Shown: piece by piece, positions 19,428-28,894 of the stretch
How positions within the stretch are numbered: position 1 is the first letter of the stretch
Layout: each line of letters opens with the position of its first letter
IMG/VR virus record: IMGVR_UViG_649633079_000003
DNA from: an uncultured virus (IMG/VR IMGVR_UViG_649633079_000003)
Taxonomy: Duplodnaviria > Heunggongvirae > Uroviricota > Caudoviricetes
Strand: one strand, 5' to 3'
Length of the DNA: 64,000 bases
Position numbers and translations under genes: made by a program
Notes under the pieces: model-generated
The model's input: the letters and a program-made list of their open reading frames with translations, nothing else
What the model was told of the DNA's origin: nothing
Databases searched by the model: none

Positions 19428-19610
19428 CTACTCTGCTTTAACCGAAACAACGCTGGCGCTGGAAAAATCATTACTGTCCGAATACAACAGGTAAATGTTT
19501 TCTGCCAGTTGAAGCGATGGCAATTGACACTCATGTGACCAAATGGTCCATGTTTCCAAAACGAAATTATAGAAAAAGCCATCATTATTCTCGATACCAT
19601 ATATCATCAC
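19428..19610 (-). CDS. Small hypothetical protein, opposite orientation to its neighbours
   Basis: RBS ggaggtga on the minus strand. Confidence 0.55.
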   Translation of the reverse strand: MMIYGIENNDGFFYNFVLETWTIWSHECQLPSLQLAENIYLLYSDSNDFSSASVVSVKAE

Positions 19611-19720
19611 TAATCACCTCCGCTGTAGAGTATAAAACTACAGTAGGGGCGAGACAAGCGTTTAAATTCTATAGAGTTCAGGGTGTAGGACCTACACCCA
19701 CTAAGGGAGGATATATAGTC

Positions 19721-19903
19721 GTGAAAATACGAGTTGTCGATAGCAAGCCAAGAAAAGACGAAAGTGACATAAATCGTCTGATTGGGGAAGTCTTCGATGT
19801 GAAAGAGAAAAACGAGCAAGGAGTAATGATTGCATTCGGAGAAACGGGACTGTTCCTTATCCGCAATGAAGAATTTGAGGTTATCGAGGAGGAACAAAAA
19901 TGA
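19721..19903 (+). CDS. Small hypothetical (SH3-like size) protein
   Basis: RBS gggagga + GTG. Confidence 0.6.
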   Translation: MKIRVVDSKPRKDESDINRLIGEVFDVKEKNEQGVMIAFGETGLFLIRNEEFEVIEEEQK

Positions 19904-20094
19904 CAGATAAACCAGACTTTAAAAAGGGTGACCCTGTTCAGCACAAAACCAAGAAGTTGCATGAAGCTCAGTTTGAAAAGTGGTCAAAGTCAGGTAAGCG
20001 AATAGGGGTAAACCATAATTTTGTATGGCCTTATGGAGCGGGTTATAAGACAGATTATTTCGATCCTAAGAATATTGTGAGGGATTCAAAATGA
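19900..20094 (+). CDS. Hypothetical phage-like protein
   Basis: Coupled ORF; FKKGDPV. Confidence 0.6.
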   Translation: MTDKPDFKKGDPVQHKTKKLHEAQFEKWSKSGKRIGVNHNFVWPYGAGYKTDYFDPKNIVRDSK

Positions 20095-20480
20095 CAGATA
20101 AACACTATGTAGATAAAAATAGTATCCGAAAATGGATCATTAGCGAAAAGACAGAGTTTAAAGATGGGGAATCCAATTACGCCAGAGGTAGAGCAGATGG
20201 TTTGGAACTACTGCTGCGGCTTTTAGATGGAGGCAAGTTCGATCCAGACCCACCACAGCAGCCAGATATACAACCTGGAGATCGAGTGGTATCCGTCTCA
20301 AAACCAGGATTGGGAATAGGGGTTGTAGTTGATCTGAAAAAAGAAAACTTACAAAAGTTTACTGATCGGACTTGGGTTCGATTCGGAAACGACGATTTTG
20401 CTTTACACACCAGAACTTCTGATTTGGAACTCGTTCAGAGTGAACGAGTAGACGCATCCAGCCATAACAGAACAATTTAG
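20091..20480 (+). CDS. Hypothetical phage-like protein
   Basis: Coupled ORF; shares the PDxPQQPDIQ module with 20699-21235. Confidence 0.6.
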   Translation: MTDKHYVDKNSIRKWIISEKTEFKDGESNYARGRADGLELLLRLLDGGKFDPDPPQQPDIQPGDRVVSVSKPGLGIGVVVDLKKENLQKFTDRTWVRFGNDDFALHTRTSDLELVQSERVDASSHNRTI

Positions 20481-20698
20481 TTTTGGTGTTAAACACACGA
20501 TACCAAAATGAGAGGATAAATGAGAGGAAATGTCATCCGAATGAGGTTAAGCAAAAATGTCAACGCGAACAATGTAGTCGTGAAAGATATGAACTGATCC
20601 AGTCTCCAATTCCAGGTGATAAGAGATTTGTGTGTAGCAATTGTTGGAACTATCTTTATAAGAAGAGTAAGGAAGCGAAATGAAAAGGGTGAATAATA

Positions 20699-21235
20699 AT
20701 GACACGTTTCATAGATATGGATAAGTTGCTTCATTGGCTAAAGGGCAAAATTGCTTCAAACAGCGAACCTTACAATGATTTTCGATATGAAAGAGCAATA
20801 GCTTATGAAGATTTAATGAGTGAAGTAAACTCAGGATCCTTTGCTCCCGATTCACCACAGCAACCTGATATACAGATGGAGAAACGTAATTGGCAAAAAT
20901 GTCTGGAGCGGGAGAAAGAACGTGCTGATTCAGCAGAGGCTGATTTTCAGACGTTAAGTGATAGTTACGACGAACTGAAGAAGGAAAAAGACTTTTGGGA
21001 GAGCAAGAGGACAGAGCATAAGAAGCGCGCAGATCGTGCTGAATCCCTTATACAACAAAGGAATTCAGAAATCGAACGGCTGAAGCACATTATAAGCAGC
21101 ATGGCACGAACTGAACATGAATTATGGGAGGAACCAGCGTCTGCCGCTGAATGCATGATGACTTGGTTAAACAAGGCTTATGACGTTCAGCCTGAATATT
21201 CGACTCGCCTGCAAGATGAAGGAGACGCCGTGTGA
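20699..21235 (+). CDS. Hypothetical phage-like coiled-coil protein
   Basis: 178-aa ORF. Confidence 0.65.
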   Translation: MTRFIDMDKLLHWLKGKIASNSEPYNDFRYERAIAYEDLMSEVNSGSFAPDSPQQPDIQMEKRNWQKCLEREKERADSAEADFQTLSDSYDELKKEKDFWESKRTEHKKRADRAESLIQQRNSEIERLKHIISSMARTEHELWEEPASAAECMMTWLNKAYDVQPEYSTRLQDEGDAV

Positions 21236-21406
21236 TATACGCCACTATACATCTTTACATTGTCGTCTGACAAGGTAGTCAATCGCTTCGTATGCATGCG
21301 ATCTGTTTAAATTGTGAGACGAAAACGGTATTAAAAAGCTGAATGTTATAACCGAGCCAGGTTATGATGCTTTATTTTCAAAAGTGAAAGAAAGGAAGAT
21401 TTAAAG

Positions 21407-21955
21407 TTGAAAGCCAAAACAATCCCCACTTCCTTAACGTGTACGGTATGTGGGGATGTAAAGACCATTCACCGCATTATTGGACGACAACGTGAAGTTG
21501 ACCATATCAAACACCTTTATTGTCATAAGTGTTATTGTAGAACGGCTCATATGGAGAAACATAAACATTGGGCTTATCTTGAAAAGCTAAGGTACACAAA
21601 AGACTTCAATCTAAATAAGTCATTGAAGCGTGCGAACTATATTTGCAATAAAATTGTGGATGACAAGGGCGAAGTCGTGGGTTTAACTTTACACCTAAGC
21701 GAAAGAAGATCTCGTCTTTTAGTTACTTACGAGGAAGTTCTTTCATTGATTGATGATGGGATGGTTTTTGATAATGTGGAATATGATCCAAGCTCGGAAA
21801 CCTATTGTTTGATTGCAGATAGGGAAGACATCCATTATACACAACTTTCTCATAAGTGCTACGCAGTATCCCCAGATATGATTGATCGATTGGGCGATTA
21901 CTTTTGTGGGAATTTGTTTGCCGATACTTCGAATGAGGAACGTGCCTGCATGTAA
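21407..21955 (+). CDS. Protein with an N-terminal ribosomal L33-like zinc ribbon
   Basis: CTVCG...HIKHLYCHKC...TAHME. Confidence 0.6.
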   Translation: MKAKTIPTSLTCTVCGDVKTIHRIIGRQREVDHIKHLYCHKCYCRTAHMEKHKHWAYLEKLRYTKDFNLNKSLKRANYICNKIVDDKGEVVGLTLHLSERRSRLLVTYEEVLSLIDDGMVFDNVEYDPSSETYCLIADREDIHYTQLSHKCYAVSPDMIDRLGDYFCGNLFADTSNEERACM

Positions 21956-22140
21956 AACAATTTCATTTCAAAAATAGCATAACTCATAGATTGTATACTT
22001 ACCTTTCATTGGATCATGTTAAAAGTGCTTTTGAAAAAGAATATATTGTCTGTTTTTGATGCCACACGAGCAAAAGAAAATTTTACGCCATTTCAAATGT
22101 CTTTTCCAGCTAAGATCAATATATGATCGCTGTTAAAAAC

Positions 22141-22176
22141 AAAAAGAGTCACCTACTTGTATAGGTGGCTCTTTTT
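22141..22176. terminator. Bidirectional terminator
   Basis: aaaaagagtcaccta/taggtggctcttttt. Confidence 0.75.
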
Positions 22177-22189
22177 GTTTTGACTTTGC

Positions 22190-23761
22190 TTACAGTTGAC
22201 TATGGAGTAGCTTGCGAATGTCGCTCAGCGATTCATCCCGAACCAATACGCCGTCAACAAACATATCTTCCAAAAGATCTACCTGGGCGTAGCTTGCATG
22301 TTCTTCCAGGTTTAAACCGTCAATGTATTCGAGTGTTCCGTCTTTTTCGACAACAACGGTCATTCCCTTGAGGGATTTTTTCATTCCGTTATCCGTTTTT
22401 GGATCTTTGAAAATCTGATGTTCAACCCCATTGATGACAACATGTGTGGCTTTGACCGCAAAACCAAACGTATCACGGGTGTTGTATTGGTACGTATAGG
22501 ATCCAATGCCAAGGACAACATTGCTGGATGCAAAGCCTTTTTTCATTAAACCATGAAGAATGGTTTCTGCTCGTTCAAGTGTAATGGAATCTCCGTAAAT
22601 TGCTCCAATGTGAGGATCAAGAACTTTAAATCCTTTTTGATTGGTAGTCCCGCCAAAGGTGTCCCAAAGACATTCAATCAAACCTTTACGTTCATGTTCC
22701 GTCGAAGCGTTGGGGTCACCTACCAGAATGAGAACCGGATTGCCCGAATCGGGACGAATCACCACTTTTCCATCTCGCTCCATGATTACGGGTTTGAGGG
22801 ACGGGTAAACCGTCTTCACTAAATGCCAGAAATCCCATGTATCACTTACGATCGAAGTGATACCGGTAGGGTGAACCTTAGAAATCAAGCGGTTAATGAC
22901 TGCTCGCTCATTACGACCATTTGCACACATAACAGAATGCTCAGTAGCTTTTACAGATGTCCCGACAATTTCTTTGGCAATGTCTGCTTGATAGTATTGC
23001 ATTAAGTGCAGGATGGCTAAAACGGTATCGGTGCCTTTAAAGGAGAGCAGATGTCCTGCCCCGCCAGCCTTAGACGCATCCAGTCCTGCCATACCTCGCA
23101 TCGAAAAATCATGACCTTGGAAAGGGACGTGTTCCCGATCATCACAGGTCAGATCCGCATATTTTGTAAAGATTCGCAGGTATTCAAACGCAATCGTCGC
23201 ATCCGTTGCAGGTAGCCAATTTTGATTTGAAAACAAGGTTTCAACATAATTGGTCAGCCAAAAGAATTTTTTCTGTGTATTTTGAATCGTGACCATCGGA
23301 ACCTTAATCGGAACAAGTGTACCTTCTTTTACTGCTTTAATTTTAAGTGGCAGATACCCGAGATCATGAAGATCTGCAATATGAGAGGCATCAACTTTCC
23401 GTATTTCTTCCTCAATTTTCGCGGGAAGTAACTTCAAGATGTTGCCAGGGTTGATCAAAGTAAAGTAGATTGTATATTGATAGTCAAAAACAACATCCTC
23501 TTTACGCTGAGCAAAGAACATCACATTAAAATAATCGATGAGGTATTCTTTGACAAATGCCTGCACACCGAATGCAACAACTTTGGTAATCCCTTCTTTG
23601 CGACTCGATCGTGGAATCCAAGTCGAGTAAACCATTTCCGTTCCTTCAGGATACTGTACCCGATGAGCATCCTTATAAAAATCAATAAGCAATGCAGGGT
23701 TAAGAAACATGTTGTAGCGAGCTTGATATAGTGGATTATTGATTACTGGTAAAATAGTCAT
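22190..23761 (-). CDS. nadV: Nicotinamide phosphoribosyltransferase family (NadV/Namat-like)
   Basis: DFYKDAH, HDFSMRG, ATEHSVM, SIVSDTWD, VIRPDSG, GDSIT, GIGSYTYQ, KKSLKG. Confidence 0.9.
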   Translation of the reverse strand: MTILPVINNPLYQARYNMFLNPALLIDFYKDAHRVQYPEGTEMVYSTWIPRSSRKEGITKVVAFGVQAFVKEYLIDYFNVMFFAQRKEDVVFDYQYTIYFTLINPGNILKLLPAKIEEEIRKVDASHIADLHDLGYLPLKIKAVKEGTLVPIKVPMVTIQNTQKKFFWLTNYVETLFSNQNWLPATDATIAFEYLRIFTKYADLTCDDREHVPFQGHDFSMRGMAGLDASKAGGAGHLLSFKGTDTVLAILHLMQYYQADIAKEIVGTSVKATEHSVMCANGRNERAVINRLISKVHPTGITSIVSDTWDFWHLVKTVYPSLKPVIMERDGKVVIRPDSGNPVLILVGDPNASTEHERKGLIECLWDTFGGTTNQKGFKVLDPHIGAIYGDSITLERAETILHGLMKKGFASSNVVLGIGSYTYQYNTRDTFGFAVKATHVVINGVEHQIFKDPKTDNGMKKSLKGMTVVVEKDGTLEYIDGLNLEEHASYAQVDLLEDMFVDGVLVRDESLSDIRKLLHSQL

Positions 23762-23809
23762 TTGAATGAAATCTCCTTTAGAATGTGTTTTTTTACTGTT
23801 TTCGTTTGA

Positions 23810-24643
23810 TTAGTAGTGGTGTATAATCTCTAAATTTTTATGTTTTGATTCATTTAGCATTGTGTTCGTCGTGAACACTTTTTGAACGAGTCCAGAATCA
23901 AGAAGCCCCTTTTGGTAGATAGACTCTTCACAATGAGTCACAAGAAGGTATACTACAGATGCGCCTTTTTCACGCAATTTTTCAGATCCCCAAGAGAAAG
24001 TTCCTCCATACGAACAAAGGTCGTCAATAATGAGAACTTTGTAATCTTTCCGATCTACGTCTCCAACAATCTCAAGTTTTTCGAGTCTTCCAGTTTCGAA
24101 ATCTCTGGATTTGTGTCCAACAAGTTGTCTATACCCTTTTAATTCCTTGCCTTTGCCATAACGCTTTGCCGCTCCAGCATCAGGAAAGTAGATATAGTCT
24201 TTATTTGGATCGAAGTTGATCTGTTTTAATACCTTTTTCAGTAGCGTGAGGGTAGGGTAAAGTACCCGACAACGATCAATCAGCGCGGGTGTAACATCGG
24301 AATGTGGCTCCACAATCGTAACGGAGTCAAAATTCATCTGATTGATAAAACGCGCGACCGATTTTAGTGTAAAGACGGAATTCCCTTCCTGGCGATCCAT
24401 GCGACTATAGGGCATGTAGGTAATCAATAGGGAAGCAGAAAGATCGTGCTCATCCATAAACTCTTTCACAAATAAGAGCTTGATGAGGTCGCCATCATCT
24501 TCAAATTTGAGAGTTAATTCTACCCTATGGTTACCAACAGACTGCAAAAGTCCTAAAATTTGATTCCCATCAACTTTGGTTTCACCATTGGGAAACGTAG
24601 TAAAGTGGACGGAAATTCCATTCAATAGAATCATGTTTTTCAA
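23810..24643 (-). CDS. prs: Ribose-phosphate pyrophosphokinase family (Prs/Adps-like)
   Basis: FPNGE, YMPYSRMDR, EPHS, PDAGAAKRY, IIDDLCSYGGTF. Confidence 0.88.
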   Translation of the reverse strand: MKNMILLNGISVHFTTFPNGETKVDGNQILGLLQSVGNHRVELTLKFEDDGDLIKLLFVKEFMDEHDLSASLLITYMPYSRMDRQEGNSVFTLKSVARFINQMNFDSVTIVEPHSDVTPALIDRCRVLYPTLTLLKKVLKQINFDPNKDYIYFPDAGAAKRYGKGKELKGYRQLVGHKSRDFETGRLEKLEIVGDVDRKDYKVLIIDDLCSYGGTFSWGSEKLREKGASVVYLLVTHCEESIYQKGLLDSGLVQKVFTTNTMLNESKHKNLEIIHHY

Positions 24644-24906
24644 CTCCTGTTTTAAAATAAAATCTAATTTAATTATAGGCTAAATTATTTATTTAATGAC
24701 TATAATCAATATTATCATATGAACAATTCTTTGCAAACAAACTTTAATTCGTTTTCCTAACTTAATAGCGTTGTTCGTTGCTATGGAGCTGTAAAGTTGA
24801 ATATTTTTAAAAGCTGGATTCTACAATGAAATAAGATGTAAAGAAGCGCTGAGCGATCGGCGTTTTTTTATTTTCATAAAAAACAGAGAAGAGAGAAGGT
24901 TGTACA

Positions 24907-25902
24907 TTGTCAGTAATCATTAAAAACACAGCCATTTATCATCCTAAACATCGAATAGGGAATGAAGAGTTGATAAATGAATTTAAAAAATACGGTAAGG
25001 ATATTGATCACTTTTTAGAAGCGATTGGCAGGAAAAATCGTTACATGGATCCTACGGGAACTGAAACATCGGTAACGATGGCAATTCAAGCAACGATTGC
25101 CTTATTAGATAAGGAAAAGTTACGGGGAGAAGATATCGATATTATCGTGTTCTCTTCAGGCACCCCTGAATATACCATTCCAGCAAATGCAATGTTTGTT
25201 CACCGAGCTATTGGAGGAAAGGCACATTGTACGGTGTATGATATGAATGCAAACTGCGTTGGTATGGTTGTAGCTATGGAGCAAGTCATTCGTTCCATGC
25301 AGGGGAATCGGAAGATGAAACGTGCCATTATTGTGGGATCAGAGCGGATGGCGCAATATTCTAAAAAAACGGATGAAGTGAATCGAGGAGTATACGGTGA
25401 CGGTGCTTGCGCTGTGTTGCTGGAATCCATTGATGATGAGACGCGCGGGTTTATAGACTCTTTTTATCACACAGATACAAGCGTTGCCGATCAGTTACTA
25501 TTTCCCGCCAAAGGACTGTCTGAAGCCATCAAAGGGGAGAGGTTGCTGGAGGAACATTTCATTTTTATGGTTCCTGGCTATCAAGCACTTCGACTTGCGC
25601 CACAGACGAAAGAGCTTATGGAAGAGATGCTGATCCGAAATGGTATCACGAAGAAAGATGTGAGAAGATATTTTATTTCACAAGTCAGTGTGAAAGGCGG
25701 GACTTTGTTCAGTCAATTGCTGGAGGAAGACGTTGATAAATTTGTTTACATCGGAGACGAATTTGGATATACAGGCACCAGCAGCCCATTGTTCGCATTA
25801 AACCATGCATTCGAAAACAACTTATTGAATAAAGGAGATGCATTCATTCTTTGGTCTGTGGGAGCAGGTCAAACATCGTGTGGGACATTGTTTAGGCTAT
25901 AA
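24907..25902 (+). CDS. FabH/KAS III-like condensing enzyme with an atypical catalytic triad
   Basis: DMNANCVG, GDGACA, GYTGTSS, GAG. Confidence 0.85.
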   Translation: MSVIIKNTAIYHPKHRIGNEELINEFKKYGKDIDHFLEAIGRKNRYMDPTGTETSVTMAIQATIALLDKEKLRGEDIDIIVFSSGTPEYTIPANAMFVHRAIGGKAHCTVYDMNANCVGMVVAMEQVIRSMQGNRKMKRAIIVGSERMAQYSKKTDEVNRGVYGDGACAVLLESIDDETRGFIDSFYHTDTSVADQLLFPAKGLSEAIKGERLLEEHFIFMVPGYQALRLAPQTKELMEEMLIRNGITKKDVRRYFISQVSVKGGTLFSQLLEEDVDKFVYIGDEFGYTGTSSPLFALNHAFENNLLNKGDAFILWSVGAGQTSCGTLFRL

Positions 25903-25912
25903 AAATAAACTG

Positions 25913-25941
25913 TTGACTATAGTCAATGAATAGTGTATGAT
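25913..25941 (+). promoter_or_regulatory. Sigma-A promoter overlapped by the perfect palindrome TTGACTATAGTCAA
   Basis: TTGACT, 17 bp, TATGAT. Confidence 0.75.
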
Positions 25942-25967
25942 TATCTTGTGCCTATTCATTTACCATA

Positions 25968-26200
25968 TAGGGTGTTCTAACTTATCAGTTTGGCACCCCT
26001 ACATACCGCTCCCTGCTCCTTAAATGACGAATGTGCCTAACTGGAGAGATGTAAAGTGGGGAAAAACTTGGAACAGGTCTTACTGAAAACCATATCGTTC
26101 ACGGCACATGGCGATTGTACCGCGAAGTTCCAAGCAAGTCGGAGTTAGAGTTCATCTCTCTGCAAATGAGGGTAAGCAACCCAGCGGTTAAACGACTTGC
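25968..26200 (+). ncRNA. Highly structured ncRNA candidate with two predicted pseudoknots
   Basis: Five perfect 6-8 bp long-range helices in a GC-enriched, ORF-free stretch downstream of a promoter. Confidence 0.65.
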
Positions 26201-26887
26201 GATCTATTTTTTTTATAGGTGATGATGAAAATAGGTAAATTCTTTTTCATGTGTATCATGACTATTGGGGTTTTATTGGATATTGAACTTTGAGGGTGAA
26301 ATTTACACAAATTTATAGTGTAGCAATAACAAAGAGGTGTGAACGATTGGCATACACAGTTGAATGGAATGCATTAATCGATAGCCAGGATTTGAAACGT
26401 ACTTTAGCAAGGCTTCATGTAACATTCATGACTCTTGGTTTTATGTCCATCAGTCAGATTTTGAAAATCGTTGTAATAAGTCTTGATAGAGTGGAAGTTT
26501 ATGCGAACAATGGTCAGATTTACTGCTATCGTGCAAGCGACAAATACAATGATCGCTTGGAGCAATACGAAGTTCGAAACATGTGACTGTTTAGCAGTTC
26601 GAAGATTAACCGCACTTACAGACATTTTTGAGGTGGATTATTTTGTATGGCTAATTCCACTAAAAACAAAAGTAGATAAGAAGCTTGGGATTGGATATGA
26701 AGACCTTATCGAAGATAAAGAAGGAAGAAGATATACTTCATGGTATCAATCTGTCCACAATGATGTTTTTAAGTTGGTTTACATTGAATATGATGTGAAC
26801 AATAAAGTGAAATTGATTCTCTATTCATAGCAGATGAAGCGGAATAAAAACGTTGCTGCATTACTATGATATAAATCATCATATAAA

Positions 26888-26989
26888 GCCTCGTGGGGTG
26901 CAGTTAAGACTACATTACAAATTCCAAAGTTATCGGGTGGTTATCACATCGATACCATCCATAGTCTTAATACAATTTCCCTACTTGGT
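26888..26989 (+). ncRNA. Y-RNA-like structured ncRNA, copy C
   Basis: gtgggg/ccctac and gttaagact/agtcttaat helices, invariant motif; upstream of Ro60. Confidence 0.72.
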
Positions 26990-27007
26990 GGATAGAGCCA
27001 ACACAGG

Positions 27008-27092
27008 CATATGAGGTGCTAAAAAGACTACATTACACTATTTGATATATTGTTAGCCGTCCGGCAGATGTCTTTTCTTATTTCCTTATATG
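27008..27092 (+). ncRNA. Y-RNA-like structured ncRNA, copy D
   Basis: catatgagg/ccttatatg and aaaagac/gtctttt helices, invariant motif; upstream of Ro60. Confidence 0.72.
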
Positions 27093-27113
27093 ACTTGGCT
27101 TAACCTAAAAGCG

Positions 27114-27137
27114 AGAGGAGTTTTGGCTCCTCTTTTT
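27114..27137 (+). terminator. Intrinsic terminator after ncRNA copies C and D
   Basis: agaggag/ctcctct plus T-run. Confidence 0.7.
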
Positions 27138-27253
27138 AATTTCTCTATTTTTATGGCAAAAAACTATGTAGACCAAATTCCTTTTACATAACTTCTAAAC
27201 CCATTTTTGATGGTAATGAGGTACATTACAACACTACGAGGAGGATGATATAG

Positions 27254-28894
27254 ATGGGAAAAATAAATAAGATTCAACAATTGATAAATGATAAAACGAA
27301 TACTTATGAGGGTGGAGTCGCCTATCACTTATCATTCAAAGAACGACTGGCAGAGTTTTTCTGTTTGGGACTGCTTAACGGAAATTTTTATCAAAGTGAA
27401 GAGCAAGTGCTTAAAAATGCAAAGGATCTCTTTGAAAGAGCATTGGGGGAATGCCCTATCTTTGCCACGAAAGCTGCGATCTATGGAAACCATGTAAACA
27501 GTCTGAAGCTCGTCCCGACGATATGGCTTGTATATCTGTCAACATTGGATGACAAGCGGCTGTTCAAAACGGCTTTTCCGCGAATTATAAGAAATCCGAA
27601 GATGGTCCATGATTTTATGGAAATGGCTCGTAAAGGAGGTATTCGGCAAGGTCTGGGTCGTAGCACAAAGAAAGTGATGAACGAATGGTTGATTGATCAC
27701 TTGAATGAGTATCAAGTGTCTCGTAATAAAGGCAAACTGGAAGATATTATTAAAGTCACACGTCCGTTTTGCCAGGATGAAACTTTTCAAAATTACATGA
27801 AATATATTTCTAAGGGTAAGCTCACGTTTCCAAGAGCGGCTGCGCTCAAGGAAGTCATTGATTTCATGGAAAAGGGTGAGCTTAATGAGACGACTTTTGC
27901 GCTTATCGAAAACAACCGTCTACAGTTGGAAGAACTGAAGCATGCAACCCAAAATCTAACGAAAGAAGATAAGAGAAAGTTGTATGAAGTCATGTACAAG
28001 GGGTTGAATTATGCAGCCTTAATCTTAAATTTGGTTGCCTTGGAGCGTGTTTATGCCACTCGTACACATGTGGAAGTGAAGTTCATTCATAAGGATGGGC
28101 AGGCTCAGCAACTAAAACAAACCATTGTCGATGAAACAGATATCCCGCCATATGTGTTGGATATGATTGCTGCGCGCATTCGAGACGTTGAGTTGTATCG
28201 TAAATCCAACATGCTGCCGTTTGCGCTACTCAATGCCGAAAAAATGGTCACTACGCCAGAGTTTAAACGAGCGATTGGTGATATGTTGCGCAATGTCGCG
28301 CATGATGCCTTTAAAATTGATGAATCTATCGATTTATTGGTAGGTGTCGATACGTCTGCTTCCATGATTGGTTGTGCGGTAAACGATACGGGGTCCCTAT
28401 CTGCCATGGATATTGCATCTGTTTTTGGAGCTATGATCAAAAAATCTCATGCGAAGACGAATGTTCATGCGGTAGCTTCTCGTATTCAGCAGGTAAATCT
28501 TGCAAAGCAAGATGATGTGTTTGATATGGCTCGTCAGATTGAACAAGCTAAGGTTGGATACGGAACCTATTTCGAGCAATTGATGCATGTTTACCAGGGA
28601 GAGAAGTATGTCCTTCTGTTAACGGATAACATGGCGGCAGATCAATTGGAAAAACGTTGGCTGGAAGCGAAAAAACCAGCAGGGGCTAAACTTATTGTGT
28701 GGCAACTTGTTCCGTACGGGATTAAAACTTCAAAAAATTCTTCCATTATCCAAATTGCTGGATATTCTGATCGTATTCTTGGATTGGTGAAAAACATCAT
28801 AGAAGGAAAGATTGGACAGGTTGAAGAGATTGAAAAAATGAATATTGTCTTGAACAGTAAGTCAAAACCTGAAGTGGTCAAACTTGCGGTGTAA
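27254..28894 (+). CDS. Ro60/Rsr-like TROVE-domain RNA-binding protein with C-terminal vWA
   Basis: NTYEGGVAY, GNFY, GLGRSTKK...WL, C-terminal VDTSASM MIDAS, LTDN, IAGYSD. Confidence 0.85.
   Translation: MGKINKIQQLINDKTNTYEGGVAYHLSFKERLAEFFCLGLLNGNFYQSEEQVLKNAKDLFERALGECPIFATKAAIYGNHVNSLKLVPTIWLVYLSTLDDKRLFKTAFPRIIRNPKMVHDFMEMARKGGIRQGLGRSTKKVMNEWLIDHLNEYQVSRNKGKLEDIIKVTRPFCQDETFQNYMKYISKGKLTFPRAAALKEVIDFMEKGELNETTFALIENNRLQLEELKHATQNLTKEDKRKLYEVMYKGLNYAALILNLVALERVYATRTHVEVKFIHKDGQAQQLKQTIVDETDIPPYVLDMIAARIRDVELYRKSNMLPFALLNAEKMVTTPEFKRAIGDMLRNVAHDAFKIDESIDLLVGVDTSASMIGCAVNDTGSLSAMDIASVFGAMIKKSHAKTNVHAVASRIQQVNLAKQDDVFDMARQIEQAKVGYGTYFEQLMHVYQGEKYVLLLTDNMAADQLEKRWLEAKKPAGAKLIVWQLVPYGIKTSKNSSIIQIAGYSDRILGLVKNIIEGKIGQVEEIEKMNIVLNSKSKPEVVKLAV

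Noticed and set aside
13525..21235. Intact prophage
   Set aside because: Only small accessory phage-like ORFs; no integrase, terminase, capsid or tail genes in the window
24669..24709. Operator as an NrtR box for the NAD genes
   Set aside because: Half-site arrangement does not match the GT-N7-AC type, and the motif also precedes non-NAD genes
26290..26830. Overlapping ORFs 26290-26586 and 26483-26830
   Set aside because: No recognisable motif or RBS; possibly a decayed gene, cannot be supported
8611..27092. AAGACTACATTACA repeats as a CRISPR array
   Set aside because: Only two pairs, irregular long spacing, each repeat pairs with a distal 3' segment, and no cas genes in the window
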